From positions 2,622 to 66,621 of the forward strand of contig JABHSK010000008.1 in NCBI GenBank assembly GCA_018669975.1: 64,000 nt of DNA, given 5' to 3'. The notes below the pieces were generated by a model. That model worked only from the letters and a program-made list of their open reading frames with translations. It did not search any database and was not told where the DNA came from. Source of the DNA: Candidatus Parcubacteria bacterium (GTDB taxonomy: Bacteria > Patescibacteriota > Patescibacteriia > UBA1558 > GWA2-36-10). The translations under genes and the position numbers were made by a program. Positions 1 to 9,263 of the stretch are shown piece after piece; the stretch's first letter is position 1; every line of letters begins with the position of its first letter.

Positions 1-635
1 TCAGGATGAAGTCCAGTAGCAATTAAGCCAGCAATATGAGCCATGTCTACCATTAGATAAGCACCTACTTCATCAGCTATTTGTTTAAATGGTTCAAAGT
101 CGATTTTTCTAGAATAGGCAGATGCACCAGCTAAAATTATTTTTGGTTTATGTTTTTTGGCTTGAGCACGTACCTCGTCCATATCAATCAGCTCTTTTTC
201 TTTATCTACTCCGTAGCTGACAAAATTATAGAATTTTCCAGAGAAATTAACTGGGTGTCCGTGAGTTAAGTGTCCGCCATGGGCTAAATCAAATCCTAAA
301 ATAGTATCACCCAACTCAACTAGCGCGAAATAAGCTTCCATATTAGCTTGTGAGCCAGCGTGTGGTTGCACATTAGCGTGTTCGGCACCGAATAATTCTT
401 TGGCACGTTCAATGGCTAGTGATTCAGATTGATCGATAAATTCATTACCACCATAATATCTTTTACTAGGATAGCCCTCAGCATATTTATTAGTTAGTAC
501 TGACCCAGCCGCTTCTAACACAGCCAATGAAACAAAATTTTCCGAAGCAATCATCTCTGCCCCGTGTCTTTGTCGATTTAGCTCTTTTTTTAAAATATCG
601 GATATTTTCGGATCCGTTTTTTTTAAACTAGCCAT
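1..635 (-). CDS. glyA: Serine hydroxymethyltransferase, N-terminal part (runs off window start)
   Basis: Manual translation of the minus strand from ATG 635: [34 protein letters not shown]...[13 protein letters not shown]...[11 protein letters not shown]...GGHLTHG...DMAHIAGL, the SHMT signature motifs. Confidence 0.97.
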   Translation of the reverse strand, partial: MASLKKTDPKISDILKKELNRQRHGAEMIASENFVSLAVLEAAGSVLTNKYAEGYPSKRYYGGNEFIDQSESLAIERAKELFGAEHANVQPHAGSQANMEAYFALVELGDTILGFDLAHGGHLTHGHPVNFSGKFYNFVSYGVDKEKELIDMDEVRAQAKKHKPKIILAGASAYSRKIDFEPFKQIADEVGAYLMVDMAHIAGLIATGLHP

Positions 636-709
636 GTTGTTTGAGTGATTAATTACGATATTTAGTTTATCATATTAAGCCCGATATGCAATAGCCGAGG
701 TTGCTACCC

Positions 710-738
710 TTGACATTTTTGCCAAAATTAGCTATAGT
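710..738 (+). promoter_or_regulatory. sigma70-type promoter for rhomboid gene
   Basis: TTGACA(710-715)-17 nt-TATAGT(733-738); AGGAGG SD at 782-787. Confidence 0.75.
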
Positions 739-793
739 CCTATGTTATTATTTGATCGTTTCAAAAACCAAAAAAACTTAAAGGAGGAGTCAA

Positions 794-1354
794 ATGAGAC
801 TCAAGTACAACTCGCCGATAATCCTCACCTTTGCTTTGATTAGTACTGTTGTGCTACTGCTTACCAAATATTTGATGCCTGACCTGACCAGCGCCTGGTT
901 TGTTGCGCCGGCACAATTTAGCTTCGGCAACCTTATGGATTATCCACGGATGTTTTCGCATGTCATCGGACATGCTGATGTCAATCATCTACTCGGCAAC
1001 TTCACCTTTATTTTGTTGCTCGGTCCAATCATCGAGGAAAAGTACGGCTCTGGTCGCCTTTTGGCCATGATTCTACTAACAGCTTTGATTACTGGCTTGG
1101 GTAATGCTTTTTTGTTCAAGAGCGGATTACTCGGTGCCAGTGGCATCGTCTTCATGTTGATCATCATTTCTTCTTTTACCAATATCAAGGACAAGGAGAT
1201 TCCGATCACTTTTCTGCTCATCGTTGGTATTTTTCTCAGCAAAGAAATTGTTCACGCCTTTCAGGAGAACAACATTTCTGAGTTTGCTCACATCATCGGC
1301 GGCCTCTGTGGCGGCCTCTACGGTGTAGCTCTAGCCAAGGGCAAAGAAGAATAA
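794..1354 (+). CDS. Rhomboid-family intramembrane serine protease
   Basis: Multi-TM protein with H..HLLGN, catalytic GASG and AHIIGG motifs; strong SD. Confidence 0.85.
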   Translation: MRLKYNSPIILTFALISTVVLLLTKYLMPDLTSAWFVAPAQFSFGNLMDYPRMFSHVIGHADVNHLLGNFTFILLLGPIIEEKYGSGRLLAMILLTALITGLGNAFLFKSGLLGASGIVFMLIIISSFTNIKDKEIPITFLLIVGIFLSKEIVHAFQENNISEFAHIIGGLCGGLYGVALAKGKEE

Positions 1355-1368
1355 CCTCAACAGAGGAG

Positions 1369-1430
1369 ACCACTTTCAAATGGAAGTGGTTTTTTATTTA
1401 TAAAAAAACCGTCGAGAAAATCTCGACGGT
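1369..1430. terminator. Two back-to-back intrinsic terminators (one per strand)
   Basis: ACCACTTTC..GGAAGTGGT+T-tract on the plus strand; ACCGTCGAGA-AAA-TCTCGACGGT preceded by an A-tract for the minus strand. Confidence 0.8.
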
Positions 1431-1441
1431 CGATATTTTGG

Positions 1442-2212
1442 CTACGTTTGGTCTATTAATACTTCATGGGTAAAGTACCAGTGGCCGCGGTGATTTTTTT
1501 CACCAAAGAGACGACCGGAACGAGCCCAACGACGGATAGTACTGGCATCCTTTTTGAAAAGTTTGGCAACTTTTTGGATATGCCAGTGACTGGTCATCTC
1601 CAGCCAAAGTTGCCAAATCTTGTCCAGCAATTGGGAGATACTCATGCTCCAGCGTTGTCCCAGAGCAACTTCCATATTATGCTCATTGAATTCTCCCTCG
1701 GCTCTGAGGATAGGCAGGATGACCTGATTGATGAATTCACGTTCACGTATTTTGGGGGACTTCTCGAACATAATGGGTTTTTGTCTTTTTTCCAAGTATG
1801 CTTGAAAATCACGTTGGCGGTCAGCAGCCAATTTGATATACCAGTCAATCTTCATGTCCAGCCTCCTTTGGAAAGCCACTAGGAAGTGGCCTCGCATGCT
1901 GTTGGGGATATCCCAATCCATAATCCCCATTTTGATTAATAGAGTCTGAAAATCCTCGTCATCTCGAGGAATTACCCCTCCATTTTTGAGGATGGGAATA
2001 AAGTGTCTGGTTTCTGGATTATCATATAGGAGCCCCATCTTGATTAACAGAGCTTTAAAATCTTCGTCGACAGGAATATAGTGTTCTGTATCTGGATCTT
2101 TATTTTCCAGGATAAAATCTAGGAATATTTGAAGTGTTTGAGGGGAGTCAAAATCAACCCCCAGTTTTCCATCAGATCTTGTTAGTCTGATGGTCATTTC
2201 ATCACTAGACAA
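1442..2212 (-). CDS. Hypothetical protein with C-terminal excisionase/MerR-like HTH and an internal duplication
   Basis: C-terminal IQKVAKLFKKDASTIRRWARSGRL HTH; repeated DEDFxxLLIKMG; TTG start preceded by AAAAGAGG. Confidence 0.65.
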   Translation of the reverse strand: MSSDEMTIRLTRSDGKLGVDFDSPQTLQIFLDFILENKDPDTEHYIPVDEDFKALLIKMGLLYDNPETRHFIPILKNGGVIPRDDEDFQTLLIKMGIMDWDIPNSMRGHFLVAFQRRLDMKIDWYIKLAADRQRDFQAYLEKRQKPIMFEKSPKIREREFINQVILPILRAEGEFNEHNMEVALGQRWSMSISQLLDKIWQLWLEMTSHWHIQKVAKLFKKDASTIRRWARSGRLFGEKNHRGHWYFTHEVLIDQT

Positions 2213-2293
2213 AACTAGCCTCTTTTCGTTTTAAGGTTTTGGAAAGATCATTTCGCCTGCATTTAAGTATATTTTAGAGTTTTTGTCAATACT

Positions 2294-3937
2294 TTAGAGG
2301 TTTTTGGTCATATAGGTGCCTTCTAATGTATAACCAAGTTTTTTATAATAATTTCGTACCCCAATTCCGGAAATCACAGCCACTTTATTGAGTTTGTTAG
2401 CTCTGGTTATTTTTTCAGCTTCAGCCATCAATTTTTTTCCAAAACCACTGTGCTGAGTTTGTGATGTTTCGTCATCCAAACCTTCACCATAAGTTGGAAT
2501 CATTTTGCCATAAACATGTAGTTCACGAACTATACTAGCACCTTTTAGCTCCTCAAAAATATTCTGTTGTGAATTTTCATTGAGCCGTAGTCTTAGGAAG
2601 GCATAAATTTTTTGTCTATCTGGACTTTCAAAGCTTAAAAATATTTCACGACCCCTTGAGGACTTATATTCTCTAGTCACTAGTTCAGCTTGAGCGATAC
2701 CTGTGGTATCACCTTTTACTTCACGGCAGCGAATACACTGACAAGCTTTATTTTGTTTTTTGAGTCCCTGTTGTAGATATTGTCGTAGATTTGTAATTTT
2801 GTTACCAGCGGTAATACTTTCTTCAGGGATATCTCTAATTAAACGGTTAATGCGAACATATGGAGGAGTTAGTAATTTTATTTTCATCAATAAATCTGAT
2901 AAATCTTTTTCAGAATATGGTTTATATTTACCATCTTGATACCATTTGTGTAGTTCGGAATATTCGTTGACTATGCAGGGATATATTTTTATTTGATCTG
3001 GCTGCAGGTCAGAGGACTCAAAAACATATTTAAACATTTTTAAATCTTTGTCAGGACTTGAACCTGGTAGGTCAGGCATATAGTGATGATCTACTTTGAA
3101 TCCAGTCTCTTTTAGTAATCTAGTGGCTTCGATACTTGATTGTAGATCATGACCTCTTTGGATTTTGTCTAAAATTTTATTATCAGTGTGCTGAATACCG
3201 ATTTGTACTCTAGTGCAGCCTAAATGACGCATCCTTTTTATTTCAGCGGCTGTGACAAAGTCTGGTCTAGTTTCCAAAGTCAGGCCAATGATTTTATATT
3301 TAGTGTCTTCGTTTATTTTTTGTTCTTCTTCCAGACTTTTAGCGTGTCTTTTTTTCGTATCACCAAAAGTGTTTGCAGCAAAAAAACAATCACGAATAAA
3401 TTCATCCTGATATTTGACTGGATAGACAGACCAGGTGCCACCCAAGACTAATAGTTCTAATTTATCAACCTGATGACCATTGTTTAGTAGTGCCTGAATG
3501 CGCATAGTTACTTGGCGCATAGGATCAAACAAATTCATCTTAGCTCTCGCTGCTGCCGGTTCATTGGAAAGGTAACTTTTTGGCATATCTGGTTCAGATG
3601 GACAGTAAACACATTTGCCCGGACAAGTGAATGGTTTTGATAGAACTGTTATAACTGATACTCCGGATAATGTACGAACAGCTCGTTTTATTAATAATTC
3701 AGAGAATTTTCTATTTTCTTTCAATTTCCCCTTTTTTATCAAGTTTTTATATGCTACAATAAGGTTAGCTTTACTGGTTGGCGTCATTTTATGGCGGCTA
3801 AATACTTGTCGTAGAGCTTTGACAAAATCAAGTTCACTGGAATAGCTTTGTGTGGCCAGTTCCAGTACTATAGTTTCTAATTTTTCCTGCTTGTCAGGAG
3901 CCCGCTTAGCGGGATTATTTACAATATGTTTAGTCAT
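2294..3937 (-). CDS. elp3: Elp3 radical-SAM/KAT tRNA U34 carboxymethyltransferase
   Basis: RTLSGV, CPGKCVYCP, GGTW, ETRPD, KIYP, RLIRDIP, CIRCRE, VRELHVYG, QHSGFGKKL, ISGIGVRNYY motifs. Confidence 0.95.
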   Translation of the reverse strand: MTKHIVNNPAKRAPDKQEKLETIVLELATQSYSSELDFVKALRQVFSRHKMTPTSKANLIVAYKNLIKKGKLKENRKFSELLIKRAVRTLSGVSVITVLSKPFTCPGKCVYCPSEPDMPKSYLSNEPAAARAKMNLFDPMRQVTMRIQALLNNGHQVDKLELLVLGGTWSVYPVKYQDEFIRDCFFAANTFGDTKKRHAKSLEEEQKINEDTKYKIIGLTLETRPDFVTAAEIKRMRHLGCTRVQIGIQHTDNKILDKIQRGHDLQSSIEATRLLKETGFKVDHHYMPDLPGSSPDKDLKMFKYVFESSDLQPDQIKIYPCIVNEYSELHKWYQDGKYKPYSEKDLSDLLMKIKLLTPPYVRINRLIRDIPEESITAGNKITNLRQYLQQGLKKQNKACQCIRCREVKGDTTGIAQAELVTREYKSSRGREIFLSFESPDRQKIYAFLRLRLNENSQQNIFEELKGASIVRELHVYGKMIPTYGEGLDDETSQTQHSGFGKKLMAEAEKITRANKLNKVAVISGIGVRNYYKKLGYTLEGTYMTKNL

Positions 3938-4625
3938 GAGTGAAAAAATAAAAAAAGATTTGCAGAAAACCTATAACGATATTGCTAAGGAGTTTTCAGC
4001 TTCCCGTGTTTATCCCTGGGAAGAATTACAAGTCTTTATACCATACATAAAGGAAAACTTCAAGATACTAGACCTGGGTTGCGGCAATGGTAGATTGCTA
4101 AAATCTTTAGAGCCTTTGGAAAAAAGTTATAATTATATAGGCGTTGATTTTAGTGAAAATTTGATTGTCGAGGCTAAGAAACAATTTGCAGGTGTTAATA
4201 ATGCAGTATTCAAATTGTCAGACATTAATAAGATAAATTTTCCTAGCAATAGTTTTGATATGATTTTTATGATTGCTACCTTCCACCATCTGCCTAAAAA
4301 AACAGAAAGACTAGATTTATTATTTAAAATAAATAGGTGGCTTAAACCAGGTGGGCACCTTTTTATGACTAACTGGAATTTGTGGCAGAAAAAATATTTT
4401 AAGTATTCCATACAAAATTTTTGGCGTAAGCAGTCTTGGAATGATTTTTTTATTCCCTGGACTACCAATGATGGCGTAACAGCTTGGCGTTTTTATCATA
4501 GCTTTACTACTAAGGAACTTGTTAACCTACTTAAGCTTACTGGTTTTGAACTTAGGCCTGGTGGAGTTTATAAAACTAAATATAATATAGACTGTTTTGT
4601 AAAAAAACCTTTTAAGATAGAATAA
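3936..4625 (+). CDS. Class I SAM methyltransferase, Trm9/ALKBH8-like
   Basis: Likely start ATG 3936 (MSEKIKK). Motifs YNDIAKEFSASRVYPW, DLGCGNG, IATFHHL, LKPGG..W, DFFIPW and RFYHSF..EL match Trm9-family motifs as I recall them. Confidence 0.8.
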   Translation: MSEKIKKDLQKTYNDIAKEFSASRVYPWEELQVFIPYIKENFKILDLGCGNGRLLKSLEPLEKSYNYIGVDFSENLIVEAKKQFAGVNNAVFKLSDINKINFPSNSFDMIFMIATFHHLPKKTERLDLLFKINRWLKPGGHLFMTNWNLWQKKYFKYSIQNFWRKQSWNDFFIPWTTNDGVTAWRFYHSFTTKELVNLLKLTGFELRPGGVYKTKYNIDCFVKKPFKIE

Positions 4626-4642
4626 AAAATAAAAATAAAAAT

Positions 4643-5587
4643 ATGGACATTTTAAGTTATCCATTGATCATTAACATGCTACTATTGGTGGTAGTAGCAT
4701 TTTTTTTATTAAGAATGAACAACGGGCAGGACACTGGTAAGAAAGTAAGCGGTGTATTTGGTAAGTCTAAAAGTTTCCAACCAGTGGTTGAAAAATTTAC
4801 TGTTAATCTGACAGATATGGCCAGGCAGCAAAAACTTGATCCAGTGATTGGTCGCGATAAAGAAATCAAAAGAGTTATACAAGTACTATCTCGTCGCAAG
4901 AAAAACAACATTATTTTATTTGGTAAAGCTGGTATTGGCAAGACAGCTGTTGTAGAGGGTTTAGCCATTGCTATAGCTGAAGGAAAAGTACCCAGATCAT
5001 TATTGACCAAAAAAGTATTAAAATTAGACATTTCATCTGTATTGGCAGGCACTAAATATAGAGGTGAATTTGAAAATAGGTTTAAGGCTTTAATTGACGC
5101 TTTTGTAGAAACGAATAAACAAATAATTGTTTTTATTGATGAAATTCATACTATTGTTCAGGCTGGTGGGGTCGATGGCGCTGTTGATGCCGATGACATC
5201 ATTAAGGGTCCGTTAGCCAGGGGTGATTTACAAATGCTTGGGACAACTACTACCAAAGAATATAATCAATATATTGCTACAGACCCCACTTTAACTAGAC
5301 GCTTCGAAGGTCTGTTGGTTTATGAGCCTAGCAAGACTCAAACTGTGGAAATGCTCAAGGCTTTGCGCAAAAACTATGAAGATTATCATAATGTTATTAT
5401 CGGCGATGAAGTTATTAAAAAAATGGTAGAATTATCTGCTAAGATAAAGACTAGAGTTTTTCCAGATAAGGCTATTGATATTATGGATGAAGTCTCAGCT
5501 AAGGTGCGTTTAGATAATATAGATAATAATAAAAAGATTAAAATAACAATCCAGGACATTAAGGAAATTTTAAAAGATTTTAAATAA
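4643..5587 (+). CDS. Membrane-anchored single-module ClpA/B/C-type AAA+ ATPase
   Basis: N-terminal TM helix; LDPVIGRD, GKAGIGKT Walker A, KYRGEFE pore loop, FIDEIH, RRFE, FPDKAID; ends without a D2 module. Confidence 0.85.
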   Translation: MDILSYPLIINMLLLVVVAFFLLRMNNGQDTGKKVSGVFGKSKSFQPVVEKFTVNLTDMARQQKLDPVIGRDKEIKRVIQVLSRRKKNNIILFGKAGIGKTAVVEGLAIAIAEGKVPRSLLTKKVLKLDISSVLAGTKYRGEFENRFKALIDAFVETNKQIIVFIDEIHTIVQAGGVDGAVDADDIIKGPLARGDLQMLGTTTTKEYNQYIATDPTLTRRFEGLLVYEPSKTQTVEMLKALRKNYEDYHNVIIGDEVIKKMVELSAKIKTRVFPDKAIDIMDEVSAKVRLDNIDNNKKIKITIQDIKEILKDFK

Positions 5588-5617
5588 AGATTATATTTAA
5601 AAAAGCTTTAATTTTGT

Positions 5618-5806
5618 ATGCACGGCAATAATATGAAAACCGATACCAAGCAAGAGGTGTCAATTAAGACTAAAACCCTATTAATGGTCAGTGCAGCTTT
5701 GGCAGTTTTTGGCACGGCTATGTTTTTAGCCACCTTGATCAAAGGCATGGAGTCATTTAGTCAAAAAATGGCTACTGAAAATGTAAAGTTTAAAAATATC
5801 AGATAA
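5618..5806 (+). CDS. Small single-TM hypothetical protein
   Basis: 62-aa ORF with a hydrophobic helix, followed by a terminator-like hairpin (ACTCC..GGAGT+T). Confidence 0.55.
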   Translation: MHGNNMKTDTKQEVSIKTKTLLMVSAALAVFGTAMFLATLIKGMESFSQKMATENVKFKNIR

Positions 5807-5944
5807 AACAGTATAAATACTCCTGTAAATGGGAGTTTTTATTTTGTATAAAACTGCCATAATTATGGCATTATATGGTTGTATTTTTGCTGGGGGCTGT
5901 GTTAAGATATATATAATAATTTTATAACTAAAATAGCTACGTTT

Positions 5945-7315
5945 ATGAAGGATAATATTTTTAAATCTTACGATATCAGGGGTATATATCCAGAGGAGCT
6001 CAATGAACAAGATGTACAGCAAATAGCCCAGGCCTATCTGACCATGTTATCTGAAAAGCTTAATAAACCAATAAAGAAATTAAAGATAGTAGTCTGTAAA
6101 GATGTGCGTGGTTCTTCAGGGTTATTACTTGAGGAGGCTATTAAAGTCTTTTTGGAATATGGGGTTCAGGTAGACGATTATGATTTTATATCTATCAATG
6201 GTTATTATTTTGCAGCTGGATACTATAAGTATGATGGCGGTCTTATGGCTACAGCTTCTCACAACCCACCAGAGTATGGTGGATTTAAAATGGTCATCAA
6301 AAATACAGAGTATAGCGACAGTATAGAATTTATTAGTGGTAAGGAGCTACTAGACAGATTAAAGAAGATAGATTTTCCCATTAAAGACGAAAAGATTAAA
6401 GGTGGCAGAGAAACAAAAGAGCTTAGACATGAGCACCTAAAACATATATTTAGTTTTGTTCAACAAGAGAAATTTAAACCTTTTAAAGTGGTGGTTGATA
6501 CTGGAAATGGTATGAATGGTTTGTTGATTCCTAAAATTTTTGAGAAAACACCCTGTGAGTTGATTAATATGTTTCCAGATCCAGATGGTAGTTTTCCTAA
6601 TCGTAATCCAAATCCTTTAGCTCCTGGCGCGGCTGATAAAATCAGTCAGAGAGTAGTAGCCGAAGGTGCTGATATGGGTTTTATTTTTGATGTAGATGGT
6701 GATCGCATGTTTATGGTTGATGAAAAAGGGCAGTTTATAAGAGGTGATATGATTTTACCTCTAATGGCTAAGCCAATGTTGGAACGTTTTCCTGGTCAGG
6801 GCATAGCTTACAATTTAATTTGTTCTCATACCGTGCCAGAGTTAATTAGAAAATGGGGCGGTAAGCCCATCCGTAGTGAAGTTGGCTATTTAAATTTAGC
6901 TAGACACATGCGAGAAGAGGGTGGGGTTATGAGTGGTGAGGTTTCTGGGCATTTTGCTTTTCGTGACAATTATTATGCTGACTCAGCTTTTATAGCCATG
7001 TTATTAGTCTTGCAACAATTAACAGAAGATGGGCGCAAGTTATCTGAAATTATAAAAGAAAACACGTTTTATTCTAGAGGTGATGAAATAAACATCAAGG
7101 TAGATGACATACCTGCCAAGCTAGATAAAATTCGCCAGACCTATAGTGCTAATATTTTAGATGAGATTGATGGCATCACTGTCGAGTTTGATGATTGGTG
7201 GTTTAACGTTCGTGCATCTAACACAGAGCCTTTATTGAGGGTGACTGTTGAGGCTAGTAATGAAGACAAGCTTAAGGCTAGGCAGCAGGAAATTTTAAAT
7301 CTTATTAATAATTAA
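5945..7315 (+). CDS. Phosphomannomutase/phosphoglucomutase
   Basis: FKSYDIRG, TASHNP, FDVDGDR, GEVSGH, RASNTEP motifs. Confidence 0.95.
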   Translation: MKDNIFKSYDIRGIYPEELNEQDVQQIAQAYLTMLSEKLNKPIKKLKIVVCKDVRGSSGLLLEEAIKVFLEYGVQVDDYDFISINGYYFAAGYYKYDGGLMATASHNPPEYGGFKMVIKNTEYSDSIEFISGKELLDRLKKIDFPIKDEKIKGGRETKELRHEHLKHIFSFVQQEKFKPFKVVVDTGNGMNGLLIPKIFEKTPCELINMFPDPDGSFPNRNPNPLAPGAADKISQRVVAEGADMGFIFDVDGDRMFMVDEKGQFIRGDMILPLMAKPMLERFPGQGIAYNLICSHTVPELIRKWGGKPIRSEVGYLNLARHMREEGGVMSGEVSGHFAFRDNYYADSAFIAMLLVLQQLTEDGRKLSEIIKENTFYSRGDEINIKVDDIPAKLDKIRQTYSANILDEIDGITVEFDDWWFNVRASNTEPLLRVTVEASNEDKLKARQQEILNLINN

Positions 7316-7325
7316 TATAAATATT

Positions 7326-8078
7326 ATGTGGTTTATCGTATTACTTATTGTTGTTATTTTCGTACTTTTGATTTCTATTCGTCAGGTTAATCAGTATGAG
7401 CGTGGTATTAAATTCCAGTTAGGTAAATATCGTCGGACTATAGAACCGGGTTGGCGTTTAGTATTCCCTATTTTTCAGTCAATGACTAAGGTAGACATTA
7501 GGGTTAAGGCTGTGGATGTACCAGATCAAGATGCTATCACCAAGGACAATGTTACTGTCAATGTAAATGCAGTGCTTTATTATAAGGTTGTCGCAGCTGA
7601 TAAGGCAATATTAGAGGTGGAACATTATTATTATGCTGTGTCTCAATTGGCACAGACTACTATGCGTGATGTCGTGGGCGAAGTGACTTTGGATGAGTTA
7701 TTGAGTAATCGTGACGAGATTTCTCAACGTATCCAACAGATCGTTGATAAAGCAACTGACCCTTGGGGTATTAAGGTGGTCTCTGTAGACCTTAAGCATA
7801 TTGAGTTGCCAAAAGACATGCAGAGAACCATTGCTAAGCAGGCTGAGGCTGAACGTGAAAGAAGGGCAGTAATTATTAAAGCAGAGGGTGAAGTAGCTGC
7901 TGCTGATAATATGGCCAAGGCTGCTAACATTTTAGCTTCATCAGCTGGCGCTCTACATTTGAGGACACTGCAATCTATCAATGATTTATCTTCAGATCAA
8001 TCTAATACAGTTATCTTTGCTATGCCCCTTGAAATTCTTAGGGCTTTTGAAGGTATAGCCAAGAAAGGTAAAGAATAA
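7326..8078 (+). CDS. SPFH/stomatin (slipin) family protein
   Basis: N-terminal TM, ITKDNV, AQTTMRDVVG, AKQAEAERERRA. Confidence 0.93.
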   Translation: MWFIVLLIVVIFVLLISIRQVNQYERGIKFQLGKYRRTIEPGWRLVFPIFQSMTKVDIRVKAVDVPDQDAITKDNVTVNVNAVLYYKVVAADKAILEVEHYYYAVSQLAQTTMRDVVGEVTLDELLSNRDEISQRIQQIVDKATDPWGIKVVSVDLKHIELPKDMQRTIAKQAEAERERRAVIIKAEGEVAAADNMAKAANILASSAGALHLRTLQSINDLSSDQSNTVIFAMPLEILRAFEGIAKKGKE

Positions 8079-8884
8079 TGATTGGAGTTTTTGATTCAGG
8101 ATTTGGTGGTCTAACTATCTTCAAGGATATTGAGACGAGCTTACCCCAGTATAATTATATTTATTTGGGGGACAATGCTCGTGCGCCTTACGGTAATTCT
8201 GATCAAGAAACTATTTATGAATACACTAAACAAGCAGTAGATTATTTATTCGGTCAGGGTTGCAATTTAATTATTTTGGCCTGCAACACTGCTTCAGCTG
8301 GAGCCCTACGACGTATTCAACAGGAACATTTGCCAGACAAATATCCAGGCAAAAATGTTTTGGGAGTTATTAGGCCCTTGGTAGAAGAGGTTAGTCAAAT
8401 GACCAAAAATAAAATCGTAGCTGTAATGGGTACTCTTAGCACAGTCAAATCAAGGACTTACATTGAGGAATTTTTGGAGCAGGATGGTAGTATCGATGTC
8501 ATGCAGCAGGCATGCCCTTTATTGGTGCCACTTATAGAAAAATCTTGGGAGAATAGACCAGAAGTGGATTTACTGATTAGGGAATATGTGGCAGAGCTTA
8601 AGGATAGAAAGCCAGATATAGTGGTTTTAGGCTGTACTCACTATGGTTTTGTACATGATTTAATTCAAGAACATTTTGGAAAAAGGACCAGGGTTTTAGA
8701 TAGTGGGGTAATTGTAGCAAAGAAGTTAGCCGACTATTTAAAAAAACATTATGACTTGGTTCCTATGGCTAAAGGAAAACCAAAAAGAATATTCCTTACC
8801 ACCAATAGCAGAAAAATTTTTGATCAGGCCGCAGAAAAATTTTTGGGGCGTCAGATAAAATCAAAAAAAGTTAAAATAATTTAA
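8078..8884 (+). CDS. murI: Glutamate racemase
   Basis: IGVFDSGFGG, ACNTAS, LGCTHY. Confidence 0.96.
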   Translation: MIGVFDSGFGGLTIFKDIETSLPQYNYIYLGDNARAPYGNSDQETIYEYTKQAVDYLFGQGCNLIILACNTASAGALRRIQQEHLPDKYPGKNVLGVIRPLVEEVSQMTKNKIVAVMGTLSTVKSRTYIEEFLEQDGSIDVMQQACPLLVPLIEKSWENRPEVDLLIREYVAELKDRKPDIVVLGCTHYGFVHDLIQEHFGKRTRVLDSGVIVAKKLADYLKKHYDLVPMAKGKPKRIFLTTNSRKIFDQAAEKFLGRQIKSKKVKII

Positions 8885-8887
8885 AAC

Positions 8888-8915
8888 AAAAAATCCCGCT
8901 ATAACGGGATTTTTT
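8888..8915. terminator. Bidirectional intrinsic terminator
   Basis: AAAAAATCCCG-CTATAA-CGGGATTTTTT between convergent genes. Confidence 0.85.
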
Positions 8916-8917
8916 GT

Positions 8918-9259
8918 TTATATTTTTTTGTAGCTTTCAAAGTGTATTCCGTCATCAGTAAATACTCCAGTAACCTTATATTTTCCTTTAGTAAACATTT
9001 GTTTATTTTCTAAGAAGTGTGTAGCCTCTAAAATAACAATGCTAGCCCTAGGTCGTGACAGAACTTCATTACCTTTTGTTTCTAATAAAGGGATTTCACC
9101 GTGAAGCCAATAATTTCTTTGACCACCCTTTAAAAAGTCGTAAGTCTTTCCTGCTTTTAGGTCTTTTGGAATGCACTCTTCGGTAGCCCTGTTACCATTT
9201 TTGTGCTCTTCTATAGAGCGTAGGGCTAAATCCGGATTAAATTCAATTTGGATACCCAT
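8918..9259 (-). CDS. Hypothetical protein
   Basis: 113-aa ORF starting 4 nt after the trpS stop, same strand. Confidence 0.75.
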   Translation of the reverse strand: MGIQIEFNPDLALRSIEEHKNGNRATEECIPKDLKAGKTYDFLKGGQRNYWLHGEIPLLETKGNEVLSRPRASIVILEATHFLENKQMFTKGKYKVTGVFTDDGIHFESYKKI

Positions 9260-9263
9260 AGTT

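Noticed and set aside
636-709. Possible ZTP/THF/glycine riboswitch upstream of glyA
   Set aside because: The region is short and I could not find the conserved cores of these riboswitches.
3852-3935. N-terminal extension of the methyltransferase in the ORF track
   Set aside because: It is antisense to the elp3 coding sequence; family similarity begins after ATG 3936.
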